DNA of 64,000 bases from a virus: the IMG/VR virus record IMGVR_UViG_3300033562_000245, positions 1-64,000 of that record. One strand, given 5' to 3'. The position numbers and the translations under genes were made by a program. Position 1 is the stretch's first letter. Every line of letters starts with the position of its first letter. This document shows positions 60,375 through 64,000 of this stretch, in pieces. The notes under the pieces are model-generated. The model searched no databases and was not told where the DNA came from. It saw only the letters and a list, made by a program, of their open reading frames with translations.

Positions 60375-60794
60375 ATGTTAAAAGAATATCGTTATTATAT
60401 TTTCTCAACCTTAGCAGTACTCACCCAAAGTTATTTATTGTTATCAAATACAATGCCCCAGAAACTGCATATGATGCTCACAATAAATGCGTTGTTTATT
60501 TGTTTTTATATTTTAGTATTAAAGAATATTTTTATTAAAGTTAGTATCATCGACGACGGTGACGTTGGTATTAATTTAATAAAGATAAAAATATTAGACT
60601 CTTACTACGTATTCTTTAATACACAATCAAACACTCCTAAATTCGTCTGTAAGACGAATCGAGAGATCAAAGAATTCCATTATAATAAGATCAGATGTGG
60701 CCGGCCTCACCTCGCTCTTTATTATAGTAATGGTGTACGGATATCCTATAAGTACGAAAATGACAAATGGAAGAAACAGCTTACAAACAACTAA
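60375..60794 (+). CDS. membrane protein, local paralog family
   Basis: Two N-terminal hydrophobic segments, ends YKYENDKW. Confidence 0.7.
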   Translation: MLKEYRYYIFSTLAVLTQSYLLLSNTMPQKLHMMLTINALFICFYILVLKNIFIKVSIIDDGDVGINLIKIKILDSYYVFFNTQSNTPKFVCKTNREIKEFHYNKIRCGRPHLALYYSNGVRISYKYENDKWKKQLTNN

Positions 60795-60815
60795 CAATAT
60801 ACACTGAGGCCAATT

Positions 60816-61319
60816 ATGTTTTCCGTCGACGTCCCCACCGCGAAATATAAAAAACTAAGAATAAAAATGAGCTACTCTAAGCCGGGCCATTCTAAACCAT
60901 ACATTAGTACATCTTTTATAACCTATCCTAGCGAATACCAAATAGGGGATGAAGGAGATATAGCGGTCTGCGAGTATAAAGTAGGTATAAGTTTCATAGC
61001 TTTTATACCTGCGATATATCTTCCAGATAATAAAAAGGTCATAATGGTATTAGTAAAAAATAGAAAAGCTCATAAATTTTTACCGTACGCTGAAGGTATA
61101 GACGACATCGACGATTCGTTCATCAATGAAAATGCCACTACTATTATTCTATCTAGAAATTATAAAGACTCGTTGAGACGATTGATATTTTCTAAGGATC
61201 TAAATAATAATTGGAACTTTAACCATTGTCAAGTTATTAGACTAAATCCAGATCTAATATTAGCAGGGGCTTATATAGAGCAAATAGAAGAAAAAGTAAC
61301 TTTTAGATTTCCTAACTAG
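60816..61319 (+). CDS. hypothetical protein
   Basis: 167 aa, beta-rich, FSKDLNNNW. Confidence 0.65.
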   Translation: MFSVDVPTAKYKKLRIKMSYSKPGHSKPYISTSFITYPSEYQIGDEGDIAVCEYKVGISFIAFIPAIYLPDNKKVIMVLVKNRKAHKFLPYAEGIDDIDDSFINENATTIILSRNYKDSLRRLIFSKDLNNNWNFNHCQVIRLNPDLILAGAYIEQIEEKVTFRFPN

Positions 61320-61360
61320 AACAATTAAACATTTTAACCGAGATAAAAAGGAACTGTAAG

Positions 61361-61786
61361 ATGAAAACAATCATAGGGATTGGTGGTGGACTAATATATG
61401 ACCCGAACGAGTGTATCTTTATACATACGAATAAACATCAAGAAACCACAGCATTTAATAAGAAGCTAGTAGGAAAACTAGTTACCTCTATTAAATACCA
61501 CAAATCAAAACCTAAAGAAAAAGTTAAAAAGGTTAAGAATTATTTAATCGTACTTTTGGATAGTGATCATAAAACATTACTTCAAGTAAGTTTCACAAAG
61601 AAGAATGAATGGTTATCGGCCACAGAGACACTTATGTCTAGTGATTTACGATTATTCGCTAGTGAAGGATACATACCAAGACCTTGGACCGAACCTCCAT
61701 TCGGATTCCCGACGGTACCCCAGGACACGCTAAACTCTAAAACAAATTTCGACCATCAGATCCGTCCGGAACTAGTAAAATACTAA
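61361..61786 (+). CDS. hypothetical protein
   Basis: 141 aa, RBS AAGGA. Confidence 0.7.
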   Translation: MKTIIGIGGGLIYDPNECIFIHTNKHQETTAFNKKLVGKLVTSIKYHKSKPKEKVKKVKNYLIVLLDSDHKTLLQVSFTKKNEWLSATETLMSSDLRLFASEGYIPRPWTEPPFGFPTVPQDTLNSKTNFDHQIRPELVKY

Positions 61787-61812
61787 TAACACTTCTCACC
61801 AAAGGAACTAAA

Positions 61813-62286
61813 ATGCAAGAAATGCCTATTATAGAAAATGCTATCGTTACTGTAGAAGATAGCGTAGGAATAGAAATTCCTACCCAAGAAGTAGAGGAAA
61901 CTCTCGACGTAGAAACAATGGGAAAGAAACTAAATAATATTAAAAAATTAGCTAAGATCCTTCGTTCTGCCACCGGCAAAACATCGCAAACAAAGAAACC
62001 GAAATTTCTAGTTCTTGAACTGGATGAACCAACTTCAGGGTCATTCTATGACGTGTTCCGTGTTGGAAAGGATATGACTTTCCCTCAAGACCCCGGATCA
62101 GCTTTCAACATAAATAAAATTTCTCTTCGTGGCCTAGTTCTTTATAAATCCAGAGGTAACACCCCTCTAAAAAGAAATGATACTGTTTTGATTGAAACTG
62201 TGTGCGGGGGAAATAGTGTCGATATTTTTGCTTTCAAAGTTATAGAATCTATAGGCCGGAAAGTTCGTCTTGTGATTATGTCATAA
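61813..62286 (+). CDS. hypothetical protein
   Basis: 157 aa, acidic N-terminus, RBS AAGGA. Confidence 0.7.
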   Translation: MQEMPIIENAIVTVEDSVGIEIPTQEVEETLDVETMGKKLNNIKKLAKILRSATGKTSQTKKPKFLVLELDEPTSGSFYDVFRVGKDMTFPQDPGSAFNINKISLRGLVLYKSRGNTPLKRNDTVLIETVCGGNSVDIFAFKVIESIGRKVRLVIMS

Positions 62287-62293
62287 ACTTACC

Positions 62294-62336
62294 TATAGAC
62301 GAGGTCCGAATGGACCTCGTCTATAATTTCATTTTA
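62294..62336 (+). terminator. terminator-like hairpin
   Basis: 14-bp stem TATAGACGAGGTCC/GGACCTCGTCTATA. Confidence 0.7.
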
Positions 62337-62353
62337 TCATAAAGGAGATTATT

Positions 62354-62731
62354 ATGGGGAGAGAAATAAATAAATGGATCGTTGGTGTTGTTTGTCTTAT
62401 ATGTCTTATTTTATTCGTGTGTGAAGTATCTAAAATTGAACATAAAGAAGATGTGGACGCATCAAAAATAGAATTCCATACGTTCAATGAAATCGGCACT
62501 CCTATCACTATAGGATTCGATGGTGACGAGATTGTCTCTATTAGACTGAATGTAGAAACAGAACCAGTTGGCAATAAAGTATCCACTGAAGAAACTAGTG
62601 TACATTTTATGCAAATAAAATCCGTTATTAAAGGGATCATAGTAACTAAAAACAACATTACTCATTATATCCTTGTAGGTAGTACTATGAAAAAAGAAGA
62701 GATAAGTAAAACATTAAATTTAGATTACTAA
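62354..62731 (+). CDS. membrane-anchored protein
   Basis: N-terminal TM WIVGVVCLICLILFVC; RBS AAGGAG. Confidence 0.72.
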   Translation: MGREINKWIVGVVCLICLILFVCEVSKIEHKEDVDASKIEFHTFNEIGTPITIGFDGDEIVSIRLNVETEPVGNKVSTEETSVHFMQIKSVIKGIIVTKNNITHYILVGSTMKKEEISKTLNLDY

Positions 62732-62815
62732 TATATCGTTACATTTTTAGATATATATTATTATATTGATTATTAGAGGAAATTAAAACATTATAATTTT
62801 TAAAAGGAGTCTATT

Positions 62816-63229
62816 ATGTATACCGGTGTCACTAAACGAGCTAAAAGGGATTTATTAATTGCGTTTCTTAGTTCATTTACGCTTATAATTTATGTTGCTT
62901 ATATGATGAGAAGTCAAAATACACAAGCTGATAGATACGACATTTATGTATATAGTTATAAAACAAAATTAACTGTTATAACTACTTTTGACAGCTATAT
63001 ATCCACAATGGATGTATACGAAACTGACGGAACGATAACAGAATATCCTATTACCGGAAAAGTATTTGTCTTTATTCCTAATGAATCTGGAGTAGGTTCT
63101 ATCTCCATACAGAATAAAGATAAAACTGGGGATGTAATCAGGATAGGTGATAGGATCAATAAAGAACGGCTTTCAAAACTAATGTATCCGTATATACTTA
63201 TAAACAATCAACCAATTAAAGGAAATTAA
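62816..63229 (+). CDS. membrane-anchored protein
   Basis: N-terminal TM, RBS AAGGAG, TATATTAT promoter-like motif at 62754. Confidence 0.72.
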   Translation: MYTGVTKRAKRDLLIAFLSSFTLIIYVAYMMRSQNTQADRYDIYVYSYKTKLTVITTFDSYISTMDVYETDGTITEYPITGKVFVFIPNESGVGSISIQNKDKTGDVIRIGDRINKERLSKLMYPYILINNQPIKGN

Positions 63230-63234
63230 AAAAA

Positions 63235-63729
63235 ATGAAATCTTTATTCGTAAGTTACACATTAATATGTCTATTTTGTTTTAGTTCTATTGCCTCAGCC
63301 TTGGATTTCCCGCCTCCAAGTTCGCACGGAAAATTCAACAACGGGATTAAGAAACAAGTCGTTCGTGTCTCAAAAAGTCCTAATATAAAAGTTTTGAAAT
63401 ACAGCACTAAAAAAGGGACGGTGTATTTCACGCTGTACAAAGAAAATACTGTTGTAAATATGAACCTAGTACTAAAAAATAAGAAAGTTCCTTTGGATGA
63501 GCATATGACTTTTAATAAAAGCAACCCCAAATCAATTTCTGTAGAGTATTGCATCTGCTGGAACTGCGGCGGATGGCCCCATCCGGACGGTACGTGGGAG
63601 GTAACCGTAGGGGACGATAACAACGAAAATGATTTAGATTGGATGATGCAGTCTTTGTATTTAAACAAGTATAATTCACAACAGCAATATTTAAACAAAT
63701 CATCAAAACAATACATAGATAATAAATAA
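63235..63729 (+). CDS. putative secreted protein with CxCxxC motif
   Basis: Signal peptide ending ASA|LD; YCICWNCGGWPHPDG. Confidence 0.7.
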   Translation: MKSLFVSYTLICLFCFSSIASALDFPPPSSHGKFNNGIKKQVVRVSKSPNIKVLKYSTKKGTVYFTLYKENTVVNMNLVLKNKKVPLDEHMTFNKSNPKSISVEYCICWNCGGWPHPDGTWEVTVGDDNNENDLDWMMQSLYLNKYNSQQQYLNKSSKQYIDNK

Positions 63730-63741
63730 GGAATTAAATCA

Positions 63742-64000
63742 ATGAATAAAATAATCGCATGTTTGGTCCTCGTACTACTGACAGTCTCGTGCGCGAGTTT
63801 GCAGAAAAAAGAAGCAAGCAATATACCTACGGTCAGCTATGTATTTGCTTATCAAGACAACTACACAGTAATCACAACTACCGACGATATAGTTATCCAT
63901 ATAACTAACACACAAGGAAAACATCTTATACCTCCGGTCTTTGAACCGACAGGTAATAAATTTTTATATGAAGATACGACTTCTGATAAAAAAAGTAGCC
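63742..64000 (+). CDS. putative lipoprotein (runs off window end; absent from the ORF track)
   Basis: MNKIIACLVLVLLTVS|CASLQ lipobox-like; RBS AAGGA; no stop before 64000. Confidence 0.7.
   Translation, partial: MNKIIACLVLVLLTVSCASLQKKEASNIPTVSYVFAYQDNYTVITTTDDIVIHITNTQGKHLIPPVFEPTGNKFLYEDTTSDKKSS

Noticed and set aside
63255-63821. 188-aa minus-strand ORF
   Set aside because: Antisense to two genes with clear signal peptides and RBSs
1-64000. Genome-wide stop-codon reassignment (prompted by the in-frame TAG at 41884)
   Set aside because: Long core genes are intact in the standard code, and TAG and TGA both end real genes (e.g. 40916, 44715, 3652)
1-64000. CRISPR array, tRNA or rRNA genes, reverse transcriptase/DGR, transposase, inteins in the polymerases
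   Set aside because: No regularly spaced repeats, cloverleafs or diagnostic motifs seen by eye; a tRNAscan/CRISPR tool run would be needed to exclude weak cases

Overview
A 64 kb, AT-rich segment of a phiKZ-like (Chimalliviridae-type) jumbo phage genome. Recognisable core genes: two virion RNA polymerase subunits (beta'-like 522-2210 with the catalytic DxDGD motif; beta-like 12412-17970, split by a group IA intron carrying an HNH endonuclease), a tape-measure-like tail protein and its gp182-like neighbour, PhuZ tubulin, a baseplate/head block, an array of seven phiKZ-type internal head paralogs with prohead-protease S-x-E cleavage sites, a divergent GroEL-like chaperonin and a family-B DNA polymerase subunit. 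Accessory islands (about 18.2-29 kb and 59-64 kb) hold short unknown genes, several behind TATATTAC early promoters. The strongest candidates for new biology are: (1) an intron whose only frame-restoring junction has a non-canonical end (terminal A instead of G, or a 5' site after G); (2) a tandem pair of catalytically eroded DHH/DHHA1 proteins; (3) a virion-block protein with M48-like zinc-protease motifs inside the processed head-protein array; (4) a structured RNA element with two alternative folds upstream of the vRNAP beta gene; (5) a cluster of membrane, secreted and lipoprotein genes. phiKZ gene-number equivalences come from recalled motifs, sizes and synteny, not from database searches. 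No tRNA, rRNA or CRISPR array was seen, and no chimallin gene was recognised in this window. The host cannot be determined.
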